From assembly GCA_036785375.1 (NCBI GenBank), contig JAWMAR010000177.1, positions 1,612,001 through 1,676,000 on the forward strand: DNA of 64,000 nucleotides, read 5' to 3'. A program made the translations under genes and the position numbers. Below the pieces are notes generated by a model. The model had not been told where the DNA came from. It did not search any database and saw only the letters and a list, made by a program, of their open reading frames with translations. This DNA comes from Leucoraja ocellata. Taxonomy: Eukaryota. Shown in pieces: positions 50,857-62,865 of the stretch. Position 1 is the stretch's first letter; each line of letters opens with the position of its first letter.

Positions 50857-51901
50857 GAAGAGGGGAGGAGGGGGGGAGAAGGGGGGAGAAGAGGGGAGGA
50901 GGGGGGAGAAGGGGGCTGCATCACAGTCGGTACGGGAACTGTTCAGCCCACAGCTGCAAATCACTACAGAGAGTGGTGAAGGCGGCACAGTCCATCAGTG
51001 CATCCCGGCCATTCAGGATATTTTCCACCGGCGGTGCCTGCAGAAGGCACACAGCATCATCAAGGACCACAGCCACCCAGCACGCAGACGGTGCTCCTTG
51101 TTGCCATCAGGCAGACGATACAGGAGCATGGCTGCACAGACCACCAGACTTAAGAACAGTTTTTATCATCATGCCATCAGGCTTCTGAACTCATAAACAC
51201 ATCATATGTGTTATTTTATTTATTATTGTTTTTTATCTACCAATGTCACTTTTATCTTATCTTTTTTTTTACCTAAATTTTATCTTTGTAATATCATTGC
51301 TGAGGTGACCCGTTGCCTTGTCAAACACATTTCATTGTACCGTTGACCCTGTGTTAACCTACATATGACAAATAAAACTGTACTGAACTGAACTGCACTG
51401 AACTGAGAAAGAGTGGAGCCACTTTTAAGAAGCCAGCCAACTTTTAATAAGCCAGAGATACACAGCTGTGAAGTTTTGCAGGCATTTAACATTACCGGTT
51501 GGTTTTCCTTGGTTCTGAAAACTCGTGCTTACGTTTTTTTCCCCCAATGAGCCAATTAAAATGCCCGTCAGCAAAGGAGGTTAACTACAACTACTTACTG
51601 CTACCTCGACTACCTACAACGATATGGTGACCCCACTATCACTGCACCTACGACTACAGGATTATCGCTTTTCTCCATGACGACCAATTTTTGGTCGCAG
51701 AAAATGTTTCAACATGTTGAAAAATTTGCTGTGACCATACTGCGGCCGAGACTAGTTCCCAGAATGCGGGAACTCCTCGCGACCCATGTAGGAGACTCAC
51801 CAGAGACCACCATCGAACATGTGGCGACTATGTGGTGATCATGAGGCGAGCGCAGAGTCTCCTGCATTCGCCTAAAAAGTCGCCTAAGTGGGACAGGCCC
51901 T
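50564..51901. mobile_element. PIF/Harbinger-type non-autonomous element with an internal Rex1 insertion and poly-G tract
   Basis: TIRs AGGGCCTGTCCCACTTAGGCGACTTTT / AAAAGTCGCCTAAGTGGGACAGGCCCT. TAA TSD at 50561-50563 and 51902-51904. Confidence 0.92.
50915..51400 (+). mobile_element. Rex1/Babar LINE 3' end
   Basis: YGNCSA...LQRVVKAAQ and IIKDHSHP...LLPSGRRYRS...TTRLKNSF (DUF1891-type), ending in an AATAAA/(CTGAA)n tail. Confidence 0.88.
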
Positions 51902-51908
51902 TAAGTCA

Positions 51909-52106
51909 GACACAAAATGCTGGAGTAACTCAGCGCGACAGGCAGCATCCTGGATAGAAGGAAAGGGTGACATTTCATGTCAAGATGGGTCTCGACCCGA
52001 ACATCACCATTCCTTCCATCCAGAGATGCTGGCTGTCCTGCTGAGTTATTCCAGTATTTTGTGCCTATCTTCGGTGTAAACCAGCATCTGCAGTTCCTTC
52101 CTACAC
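51909..52106. mobile_element. Fold-back mini Penelope-like element
   Basis: Inverted arms. TSD acttgtactc(c/t)taagtca has its right copy at 52107-52124, and its left copy is split by the Harbinger element. Confidence 0.82.
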
Positions 52107-52185
52107 ACTTGTACTCTTAAGTCAATGGACAATAAGTGCAGGAGTAGGCCATTCGCTCCCCAAGCCAGCACTGCCATTCAATGTG

Positions 52186-52385
52186 NNNNNNNNNNNNNNN
52201 NNNNNNNNNNNNNNNNNNNNNNNNNNNNNNNNNNNNNNNNNNNNNNNNNNNNNNNNNNNNNNNNNNNNNNNNNNNNNNNNNNNNNNNNNNNNNNNNNNNN
52301 NNNNNNNNNNNNNNNNNNNNNNNNNNNNNNNNNNNNNNNNNNNNNNNNNNNNNNNNNNNNNNNNNNNNNNNNNNNNNNNNNNNNN
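52186..52385. other. Assembly gap (200 N)
   Basis: Run of n. The round length suggests a placeholder of unknown true size. Confidence 0.99.
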
Positions 52386-52757
52386 ATGGGGTTGAGAGGA
52401 AAATATAGATCAGCCATGATTGAATGGTGAGTGGACTTGACGAGTCAAATACTTCTGCTTCTATGACATGAATTTATCAAAATGCGATGGAGCAATTAAC
52501 TTATTTGAAGCAATGAAGGTTCAGCATTGCCTGAGCGGAGAACCTTCTCAACTAACACAAAAGGTTAAAATTATAAGTGCTCCTGGATGATGAACGGCTG
52601 GAAGTGATAAAGGAGGCATGGAGGGATGTAAACTAAAATGACAATTTTTTGAAATAGTTACTTTTTAATTGCCAACTAATGAAGGTGAGTAATGTAAAGG
52701 GCGAAGAACGTAGCATCCAGGGGATGAGTTTAGGCAAGACAAGCAGTGTTTCAATGA

Positions 52758-53296
52758 AGGTACACAAAAAAGCTGGAGAAACTCAGCGGGTGTAGCAGCA
52801 TCTATGGAGCGAAGGAAATAGGCAACGTTTCGGGCCGAAACCCTTCTTCTGACTGATCGGGGCGGGGGGGGGGGGGGGGCGGGGACAAGAAAGGAACAAG
52901 GAGGAGAGCCCGAAGGCTGGGGGATGGGAGGAGACAGCAGGGGGACTGAGGAAGAGGAGGAGACAGCAAGGACTAACAACATTGGGAGAATTCGATGTTC
53001 ATGCTCCCAGGATGCAGACTCCCCAAACGGAATATGAGGTGCTGTTCCTCCAATTTCCGGTGCTGCTCGCTGTGGCCATGGAGGAGACCCAGGACAGAGA
53101 GGTCAGAGACGGAGTGGGAGGGGGAGTTTAAGTGCTGAGCCACCGGGAGGTCAGCTTGGTTATTGCGGACCGAGCGGAGGTGTTCGGCGAAACGATCGCC
53201 CAACTCCGCTTGTCTCACCAATATAGATCTGCTGACATCTAGAGCAGCGGATGCAATAGATGAGGTTGGAGGAGATGCAGGTAAACCTCTGTATTT
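52758..53296 (-). mobile_element. Penelope-like element 3' part (GIY-YIG endonuclease and terminal repeat)
   Basis: LGDRFAEHLRSVRNNQADLPVAQHLNSPSH...KLEEQHLIFRLGSLHPGSMNIEF. 14-bp TSD cagtgtttcaatga at 52744-52757 and 53297-53310. Confidence 0.93.
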
Positions 53297-53899
53297 CAGT
53301 GTTTCAATGACATGTGGAGGGACGGAACAGCGACCAGATAGTTGTGTCGTGGGATAACATGGATTACACAGGTTTCATGGGATTCGGTCCCAGATGAATC
53401 ATCTGCTGAAGCATGTACTGCAGAGAAGAAAAATAACCTGGGTGTAACTCCTTGTTAGAGTTGACCAAATAATTTCAGTGACAGATCATTTAGGTCAGCT
53501 GTAAGATTGCTATGCAGCAGCACTTTCTGTTTTTTGTGTAAATGGTGTCTTGTTATTTACTAAATGTCTGTTTGAACTTGAATCTTTGGCCTCTCTTTGC
53601 AGAAACCCAGCTCAGTTCGCATTGACCAGTTGGACCGGGAGCAGTTTAATCCTGAGGTCATCACTTTTCCAATTATTGTGCACTTTGGGATTCGGCCTGC
53701 TCAGCTCAGCTACGCCGGGGACCCACAGTAAGTCGACCACTGCTCAATTCAACACTGTGCTGGAAATATGCAATAAAACAAGGCTGGGCAGCAGCGTTAG
53801 GGAAAATAACATCTTTAAAAAGTAAATTCTGATATGAGCTTCAATATTTATCCTCTAGAAACATGGTAAAGAATAGATTTTGATTGATTGAATTGATTG

Positions 53900-54195
53900 A
53901 AAGATAAGCATGAAAACAGGCCTTTCGACCCACCACATTCACACTGATCATCGATCACCTGTTCATACTAGTTCTGTTATCCTACTTTTTTCGTCCATGC
54001 TACACACTAGGTACAATTTTTAGAAGCCAATTAATCTACAAACCTGCACGTCTTTGGGATGTGGGAGGAAACTGGAGAAATCCACATGGTCACGAGGAGA
54101 ACGTGCATACTCCACACAGTCAACACCTAAGGTCGGGATCGAATCTGGATCTCTGGCGCTGTGAGACAGCAGCAATGTCTGCTGTGCCACTGTGC
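53900..54195 (-). mobile_element. HE1-type V-SINE
   Basis: Matches the other copies. Confidence 0.85.
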
Positions 54196-54736
54196 AATTC
54201 ATATTCCCACAATTACTTGCCTGGACTACACTTACAGCACATCCTAAACCTGCATCCTCTGCTACCAAGTATGCGCGTATTACGTACATGGAAATACCAC
54301 GTCCTGCACATTCCATCTCGCGCAAATTCATTATCATGCTCCTTCACGTTCACAGGATCTATATCAGGAAACTCTCTACCTAAGAGCATTCTGAAAGTAC
54401 CTTCACCAGGTGGACTGCAGGGGTTCAAGAAAGCAGTTCCCTGCCATCACTGAACTGCAATTGGGAATTGACATTAAATGCTGGCCATCCCAGCAATATT
54501 CAATAGGTGCAGGAGTAGGGCATTGGCCCTGCGAGCCAGCACCGCCATTCAATGTGATCATGGCTGATCTGAAGTCTCAGAAATGAATGAAAAGAAAATG
54601 TCTATTCCTGTCCTCTCAATTATCTATCCATTTGTCCATTAGTCCTTTCTCCTTATTTACATTATTAGAATGACTGTACATTAAGGTGCACTAATCATTC
54701 TTCACATTATTCCCTTTATCGTGTATCTGTGAGTGG

Positions 54737-55187
54737 CAGGGCCGGATTTAGATGAAGAGAGGCCCTAAGCTGTTCCACATGTGAGGCCACCTCCGCGTTG
54801 GTGTTCAGCGCTGGCGGCGAGGAAGCCATGGCGGCCAAATCTCCCACAATTCAAAGCGAGGGAGAAAGTGCCCAGCGTTGACTAGTTGCAGTGCGCATGC
54901 GCAGGGCGGCCGATGATGTGCTGGCCTTGGTTGTGCGCATGTGCAGGGGGGAAGACGTGCAGGCCGCAGCAATACGCATTTACAAGGCGGCCTGCCGTGT
55001 CGACGGATGAGGAGCGAGCGGAGCCCGATGCGGCCCGGACACGGATAGCGGGCGGAGAAGGAGGGATCGGGCTAGAGAGGGGGGCCGCCCAGAGTTGAAC
55101 GGTAGGTGTCCTGCCTTGGCCGGAGGCCCCCCTAGACCTCGAGGACCTAAGCTTAAGCTTGTCTAGCTATAGGTAAATCCGGCTCTG
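54737..55187. mobile_element. hAT-type MITE
   Basis: TIRs CAGGGCCGGATTTA / TAAATCCGGCTCTG and 8-bp TSD gtgagtgg / gtgggtgg. Inserted into a Rex1-like 3' UTR fragment. Confidence 0.88.
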
Positions 55188-55567
55188 GTGGGTGGCTTGA
55201 TTGTAATCGTGTATTATCTTTCCGCTGACTGGTTAGCACGCAACAAAAGCCTCTCGGACACGTGACAATAACCCAAACTCAAACTCTGTTCTAAAGGGAA
55301 GAACTCCGGCTCTTCCCTTACGTCCCTCAAATTTATCTGGTAAGTTTCTTCACTATTCTCACCAAAACGGCATGCTCCTTCCTGCGTGGCCGTTGGTATT
55401 GAGATCAGTGGTGACCAGTGCTCAATTGAGCCCTCTTCTGTTGTCGTTTGCTACATGTTGTCGAGTAGAAGGAAAATGTAGAATAATTAAGATTAAAATT
55501 CACATATATTGGTTAATGCTAAATGCTGAAACTTTCATGGGGTGCTTATTTATGCTTTCTCCAACAT

Positions 55568-55892
55568 GGGTGGCACGGTTGCGCAGCAGTAGAGTTGCTG
55601 CCTTACAGCGCCAGAGATCTGGGTTCGATCTGTGTCTGGGCGCTGTCTGTATGGAGTATGTACGTTCTCCCCGTGACCACATGGGTTTTTTTCAAGGTGC
55701 TCTGGTTTCTTCCCACACTGCAAAGACATATAGGTTTGTAGATTAATTGGTTTTGGTACATGCACCAAAAGATTATCAGATTGGTAAAATGTCCCTGGTG
55801 TGTAGGATAATGCAGAGATCGCTGGTCGGCGTAGACTCGGTGGGCTGTGGACTTGTTTCTGCATTGTATCTTTAAACTAAACTAAACTAAAC
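55568..55892 (+). mobile_element. HE1-type V-SINE
   Basis: Head gggtggcacggttgcgcagcagtagag, B-box gggttcgatc, (CTAAA)n tail. Confidence 0.9.
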
Positions 55893-56344
55893 TTCTGGTT
55901 CCATTGATTTCAGTATTACAAGATGTCAGAGGTGCTTAGAGCTGGCAGCCAAATTATTTTGTATTAGTGAGTAAAGAGACATTTCTCTCTCATTAAGTGG
56001 TTTTGTGACACCACACATGCACTATTTTTTAAGCTGATACATTAATGAAGGGCTCCCACTATTTAAGGACATCTCCGGTAAGCTCAACAGTAGTCAAGGG
56101 ACAATTTACATTTATAACGAACCAATTAACCTACAAACCTGTACGTCTGGAGTGTGGGAGGAAACCAAAGATCTCGAAGAAAACCCACTCGGTCACGGGG
56201 AGAACAAACTCCGTAAAGATAGCGCCCGTAGTTGGGATCGAACCCGCGTCTCTGGCACAGAAAACCCTGTATCTAGTCTTCTGTTGGAATATAATTTCTC
56301 AAACATATAATAGGTTCCTGTGTGCATGGAGTTGGGAAATAGTC

Positions 56345-56652
56345 AGGAAAAATGTTCCCGATGTTGGGGGAGTCCAGAACCAGGGGTCACGGTTTAAGAG
56401 TAAGGGGTAGGCCATTTAAGACTGAGATGAGGGGAAAATAATTTTCATCCAGAGAGTTGTGAACCTGGAATTCACTGCCACATAAGGCAGTGGAGGCCAA
56501 TTCACTGGATGTTTTCAAGAGAGTTAGATTTAGCTGTTATGGTTAAAGGAAACGAGGGATATGGGGAAAATGGGGTACTGATTTTAGATGATCAGCCATG
56601 ATCATATTGAATGGCAGTGCTGGTTCAAATGGCCTACTCCTGCACCTATTTT
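56345..56652 (+). mobile_element. CR1/HER1 LINE 3' end
   Basis: caggaaaaatgttcccgatgttgggggagtccagaacc...cctactcctgcacctatt. Confidence 0.88.
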
Positions 56653-59198
56653 TCTTTATTTCTAAATAGCAAGAAATCTTTTAAATCAGTGATTTCAAGT
56701 GTAATTAACTGGCGCCTGCTGAAGTTGTTCTGGAGGATATTGGAAGCTTCGGTGGATATGGGGTTCTCCACTTTTGCATTAATTCAGCAACTTCTTAGAA
56801 GATCAGGAATTAACTCTGCAACCTTCAATACACTAGAAGAGAATCTGATGACGAAGCTAGGATATACTGTAAGCATTCGGAAGAGGAAAGATGGTGCTCC
56901 CTTTAAGCTCAATGTGTAACAATTCTGAATCAGTAGGTTGCGGTTTCAAGTCACAACCTACTGATGCAGAAGTGTTGGATCTTGGCAAAAAATAAAATCA
57001 AGGCTTCCACTCCTTTACAGCACTGAGTGAATTCACTGTTGAAGATCGTGTCTAAGATTGACGGCCATACTGGGACCCCACCTGCTCTCTCTGCTGGAGG
57101 TGTAAACAAGCTTGTGGCACCATTTCACAGAAGAGCAGTGGCATTCCACTTGGTATCCTGAACAACATTGAATCCTAAAACAACAACTAAACATAGATTA
57201 TCTGGTTATTAGCCTCAAATGCAAGTAATATATACCTCCCTTGCACACCTTTCTTCTCTTGCTCCCTTATTCCCTCTCTTCCTTTATTTTGTCTCACAGT
57301 AAAACTCTTTGTTGCCACTTGCCAAGACCAACTTTTAAGCCATGTCCCAGAATATTCACCTCTGAATCTCAGTTATCATTCTCTCACCATCACTCTTTTC
57401 TCAACTTGTTCTCATTCCTCCACAGAGCAGCTGTTTTCCCTTTCCTTTATTAAACCTCTGTCACTAAAGTATTCACCACTATTTTATTCCCCAAACCATT
57501 GCATTTCAGCATCACAACTAAGTAACAAAACTAACACAAATGCTTTTATAAAATGAGTGCATGTATTTTTGTATTCCATGCTCAATATACTTTCAATATG
57601 TCCTGCAGGTGTAATATTTCTCTTCCACACAGTTTCCTTTATTTAGCATTGTTTGTGCAAAATAGCCTTCCACCTTGCACCCTCCTTTAACATAAGATGA
57701 AATTGCTTGTGCATGTACCCTTACTTGCACTGCTGCAATTAACCATTCTGCAATTAACCATGCAAAAGCTCCAGATCTGACAACACCTCTCTTTGCAAAT
57801 CTTATCTTTGTTTCCAAATCCTTCCATGGCTTTGCAACTATATAATTCCATAGTCTCCTCCAGCCCCATAGCCCTGTTAAGATCTTGGTGCTCTTCCAGA
57901 TGCAGTATCTTCCCATTTTAATCATTCTCACATTGGCGGTTCTGCTCTCAGCAGGCTCGGTGCTAAACTTTGGCAAATCCTCCCTAAATCTCTCTCACTC
58001 TCCATTTAGAACTAAAATATTGTGCGCAAGAATTAACAATGTAGATGCAGTTAAATCATATATTTTTGAGCAAAATAGTTTATTTAACTAAATAAAACAC
58101 CAAAGGGCTGAACAAATCATTTGTTTATGTTTTTTATTGCCTTGTTAGAATTGCAATAATACATTTTTGAAATGCTTTTTAAATGATTAATCATGCCTTC
58201 CAGCAGGGAAGTAATGCAAGCCACTTTATGGTGATACACAATCATTTTTCTTGTGGTATTTCCAATAAACGGAACACAAATTCTCCATTGGTTTAGATAA
58301 TACACAGTTTGGATGAAGTTTAATTGGACTTCGCATGTGCAAAAGGAATATTTTTATTGTGACTGTTAACATTCTTTCAAACGAGCCGCCTGGTATTTTT
58401 GCTCTCACCCAAAGATGGCAGCAGTGTCTCAGAAAGTACAAGGAACATCTTTATCTGGGGCAATTGGCATTGAATATACTGGATGAATTCTGAATATTTA
58501 AATAAATTAAACCTATTTGAAATTCACAATGGTAATTTAGTGTGGTTTGAAACACACAGCCTAATTTATCCACCCGCCCACCTCACCAATCAATTGTACG
58601 TCACCCTTGTGATCTACTTACATTTGTTATTTTCTGTGGTGTAAATAATCTTATTCCCACCTCATGACTTTCAAATTGTATTCAAAAATACGAGTTCCCT
58701 AGTAAAACTTAAAGCACTAATTTTGTTTTCTCATTAATAATTGTTCACTTATTTGACAAATAAACTTGCTGTAAATAAAAAGGCTGGGTGACTGTGTTAT
58801 AATGTATTTTATCCTGTTTTCTGTAAGAGAAAAACGTTTCAAACATCTAGTTCATGTTTGGAACTTTTAGTTCATTTGCTTGAAATTTACAAACTTTACA
58901 ATGCCAAAAAAAACAGGTATATATTTGTAAAATTAGCACAAGGGATTTTACTGCAGTTTTGTCAAATAACACTTGATATCTAGCTACAAATGATTCGTTA
59001 AAATATATTTTAACAAAGGACGAGAGATTTTTGAGAGGTTTGGGGGGGAAAAAATAATTGGGTATGACCATAATTAGAACAGAGTTGTTCCACGAGTTGT
59101 TCGGCTGAAGAAAGTTGTGAGTTGGGAAAATCAAGAATGGATTTCAGTTGAAGTGACATTTTCAGTCTGAGACATTGACGTTCGCTGTGTTAACCTAC

Positions 59199-59309
59199 CA
59201 TTAAGGTTTCCAGTCAAATTTGCTGCTGCAACTCTCACAAAGGAAGAGGAGCTTTTATGGGAAATGATAGGTCCTTTGCTGTCTTTTTGCTTGTGTGCTA
59301 GAATCCATA
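59199..59309 (-). CDS. Candidate coding exon (111 bp, phase 1-1), product unknown
   Basis: Strong acceptor tttctcttttccag| and donor ATG|gtaggt. Only the phase-1 frame is open (xWILAHKQKDSKGPIISHKSSSSFVRVAAANLTGNLN). It joins in frame to 46607-46925. Confidence 0.35.
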
Positions 59310-60366
59310 CTGGAAAAGAGAAATTCAATCAAACAAGTCAGTTTGGGACAAATAAAGTGAGCGAGCTATATTTAAGTGAAAATGGATAGCACAAATAATT
59401 CCGCTATAGCACAATAGTTGCAAGTAGTACTGCTCTAATGCAATAGTTGCATTAAGAAACTTAGTGTTATAGAATGTTGAGTTACAAAAGCAATTGTGTA
59501 AATGGGGAAAGAGAGTTAGCAGCTAGAAAATGTTGCAGTAATGGTTTTTTCCCCATAACATTTTCAAAACTAAAAGTCTTTTAATTGGAATAAGTTTATT
59601 TTTGTTACAGTAAGCACAAAATGCTCAAGTGTGTGTGTTACCTTGCATCATTGCACAAGTGTCAGTGGAGCGATTACATCAGTTTCAATGGCCATGTGCA
59701 GCAAAACTGATAGAGACAATGGTGTCTGACTACAGCAGGGAGGTTACATGGAAGCATTTTTTTCCCCAGACTTTTTTATTTGAAATACAGGTTTATCACT
59801 GATTTGTCCATTTTCAATGTAAATTTTAATTGATTCTTCAGTTCCTGATTGAAATCTCAATTACCATTTCAGCCTGTTTAATGCAAATAGTGTTCCCAAT
59901 TTCATCTATAACATTATATCCAATTTGTGGTACAGAATTTGTGGTATGCAATACCTGATTTTGGTATTAAAATAATGGCATATTTCAATGAGTAGCAGGT
60001 TTTGAGGAAAGGGAGATGGGGAAGCATGATAGGGCAGATGGTTTGTACACTTGGAGTGCAAACCTTGTGAGACTTCAATGACCAAATTGTATTCCTTACA
60101 AAACCAGCAGGTGTCCATCAAGGGCACAGGCCTGGGGAAGGGAAGCCCAAGATGTCTTTTGAGTGTCTAAAATTGCCAGACCCTACCAGTCGTGTGACAG
60201 GATGGTCTGGGAGTGAATTGGAATATGGGGTTGGGTGAGAGGTAAATAAAGATGAGTCGGCTGTGTATTTTTTTGTGAGAGGTGTAAGAGCATTCATTCA
60301 AGAACACTGATATTTGTCCTTCACATATTTGTATTGATTTGGCTGGAAAGGCTCCTCCACATTGGA

Positions 60367-60640
60367 GGGGCACAGTGGTGCAGCAGTGAGATCCGTGTTT
60401 GATTTTGACTATGGTGCTGTCTGTACGGAGTTTGTACGTTCTCATGGGTTTTCCCCATGTCCTCCGATTTCTTCCCACGCTCCAAACACATACAAGTTTG
60501 TAGGTTAATTTGGCTTTGGCAAAAATTGTAAATTGTCCCGAGCATGTAGGATAGTGTTAGTGTGTGGGGTATTCGCTGGTCTCGCGCTGTCTCGATGGGC
60601 CGAAGGGTTTGTTTCCGTGCTGTGTTTCTAAAGTCTAAAG
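60367..60640 (+). mobile_element. HE1-type V-SINE, followed by a Penelope terminal fragment (60700-60815)
   Basis: Matches the other copies. Confidence 0.85.
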
Positions 60641-61400
60641 ATGATGCAGGAGAAATTGCAATAGTCTTTCTCATTGCAAATCTATATTTTGAGTCCACGG
60701 AAACGTCACCCATTCCTTCGCTCCAGAGATGCTGCCTGAGTTACTGAGTCCTACTGAGTTACTCCAGCATTTTGGGCCTATCTTTGATTATAACCAGCAT
60801 CTGCAGTTTCTTCATACATATGTATGACTTCAATTATCTGCATTTGGAGATTTTGGATTTTTGGTGGGAATTGTGTATTGCCGCGAAACGAATTGTATAG
60901 AAATCTCAAGTAGTTCGTTGACTGCTGCACCTGAATTCATAGATGCTGCAGGAGGCCATGTAGGAGGTATTCAGCTTCATGATCCTGTTCACCCTTTCTA
61001 GTCAATCTTTTGACCTCTGTCTCCACTCCACACTATCACCACCTCTAGCACATTCTCAGACCACTTACTTACGTATCGAAAATCTATCAATCTCATGCCT
61101 TTAAAATCTCAATTAACAACAATTACAGCCTTAACCAGAGAAAAATCTCTTTATCTGTAAACAGTCAGGGATAAAATCCTGCAATTATTTAACCAAAGTA
61201 AGTCTGGAACCAGTGATGTGTGATCAAAATTGTTTTGATGCTCAACTCTCTCATGTAATTCCATTGTTTTAATGAATGGATAATGTTTAACAAAATATCA
61301 GGTTAATTAGTATTACAATTTGCAAATTATCCAATTTGAAGGAACAACAGAATGTTCAGAGTATAAGGATGATTAAACATTTGGAAGATTTGGTTAATTA

Positions 61401-61728
61401 AGGGCCTGTCCTACTTAGGCAAATTTTTAGGCGACTGCCGGTGACTAGGCTAGCATCACATGGTCGCCGGGGTGTCGCCTGTATGGTCGTAAGTAGTTTC
61501 CTCAGTCGCTCAAAGAGTCGTAGCGTTTTTCTGGTCGCCGCTGGATTTTGACGTTTTCAAAACTTTTCGGCGACCATGGACTTGTCGTAGCTTGTCTTCT
61601 TCTGATGTAGGTTCTGTCGTAGGTTGCCGCCAGGATGGCGTAGGTTGTCGCCGGTGCTGACTTCGGTGAATTCCATTATTGTAGTCGCCGGCAGTTGCCT
61701 AAAAAAATCGCCTAGTGGGACAGGACCG
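61401..61728. mobile_element. PIF/Harbinger-type MITE
   Basis: Degenerate TIRs AGGGCCTGTCCTACTTAGGC / GCCTAGTGGGACAGGACCG with TTA on both sides. Same family as 50564. Confidence 0.85.
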
Positions 61729-62557
61729 TTACCTTTTGGAGGATGGGTGTGGTTGATACCAATTTGAGATTAAATATGGAGGAGGGAGAGCTGGGGAATA
61801 GGTGGATGCAATAAAGTTGATGCAGCCTGGTTTTGTTCTGCCCGTGAGTTTAATTTATTGTCATGTGTACCGAGGTACAGTGAAAAGCTTTTATTGCATG
61901 CTAACCAGTCAGCGGAAAGACAATGCATGATTACAATCGAGCCACCCACAGTGTAGAGACATGATTAAAGGATTAATGTGAGTCACGTTTAGTGCAAGGT
62001 AAAATCCGATCAAAGGTATGCTAGTTAAGAAACTATGCTAACCATGCATATGCTTGTTAAGAGAATGTAATAATGGCAGACGTGTGATCAAATGTCAAAA
62101 GCAGGAGTACCAGGCCATAATCCAGGGAGTTTTTAACGGTGCTATTTTCATGTTCCTGGACTTTTCAGCTTGAATTGGATGCTACCTGCAGCGAGATGTT
62201 GAATGTGTAATTATAGAAAAGGAGGAAAGCAAGCATATCTTAACGAGTCTTGCAAGGTTCTGAGAAAGATGACAATAGATGTTGGGAGACTTTTACCTCA
62301 GTCTGGAGAGTCTCGAACTAGGCTCTTAATTTCAGGATAAGACATTGCCTATTGAGCCAGGAAAATGTGAGGGTGGTAAATCTTTAGACTTCTCTTCCTT
62401 CTTTATTGAATCTACTACAGGCTGAGATCACTGGTGTTTTAGGGCGTTGTGGAACCGAGGGATACAGGAATTACTGTATACAGTCAGGAACCTATTCAAA
62501 GCCGCAATGGCTTGATTGGCTGGAGGAGCTGCTCCAGTTTTTTTTTTCTGAAAATGT

Positions 62558-62865
62558 AGTTTAGTTTAGAGATTAGTTTAGAGCTGCAGCATGGAAACAG
62601 GTCCTTTGGCCCACCGGGTCCGCGCCGACCAACGATCACCCTTGCACTAGGTCTATCTGACACACTAGGGAAATTTTTTGGGAGCCAATTAACCTATGAA
62701 CCTGCATGTCTTTGATGCGGGAGGAAACCGGAGCACTCGGAGGAAACCCACATGGTCACAGGGAGAATGTGCAGACTCCTTGCAGTCCGGACCCCTTAGT
62801 CAGGATCGAACCCAGGTCTCTGGTGCTGTAAGGCAGCAACACTACTGCTGTGCCACTTTGCCACC
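62558..62865 (-). mobile_element. HE1-type V-SINE
   Basis: Full head-to-tail match. Confidence 0.9.

Noticed and set aside
52125-52430. ORFs containing X runs
   Set aside because: Artefacts of the N gap.
55568-55645. tRNA-like sequences with A and B boxes
   Set aside because: These are heads of HE1 SINEs, continuous with the SINE body, and show no intact cloverleaf.
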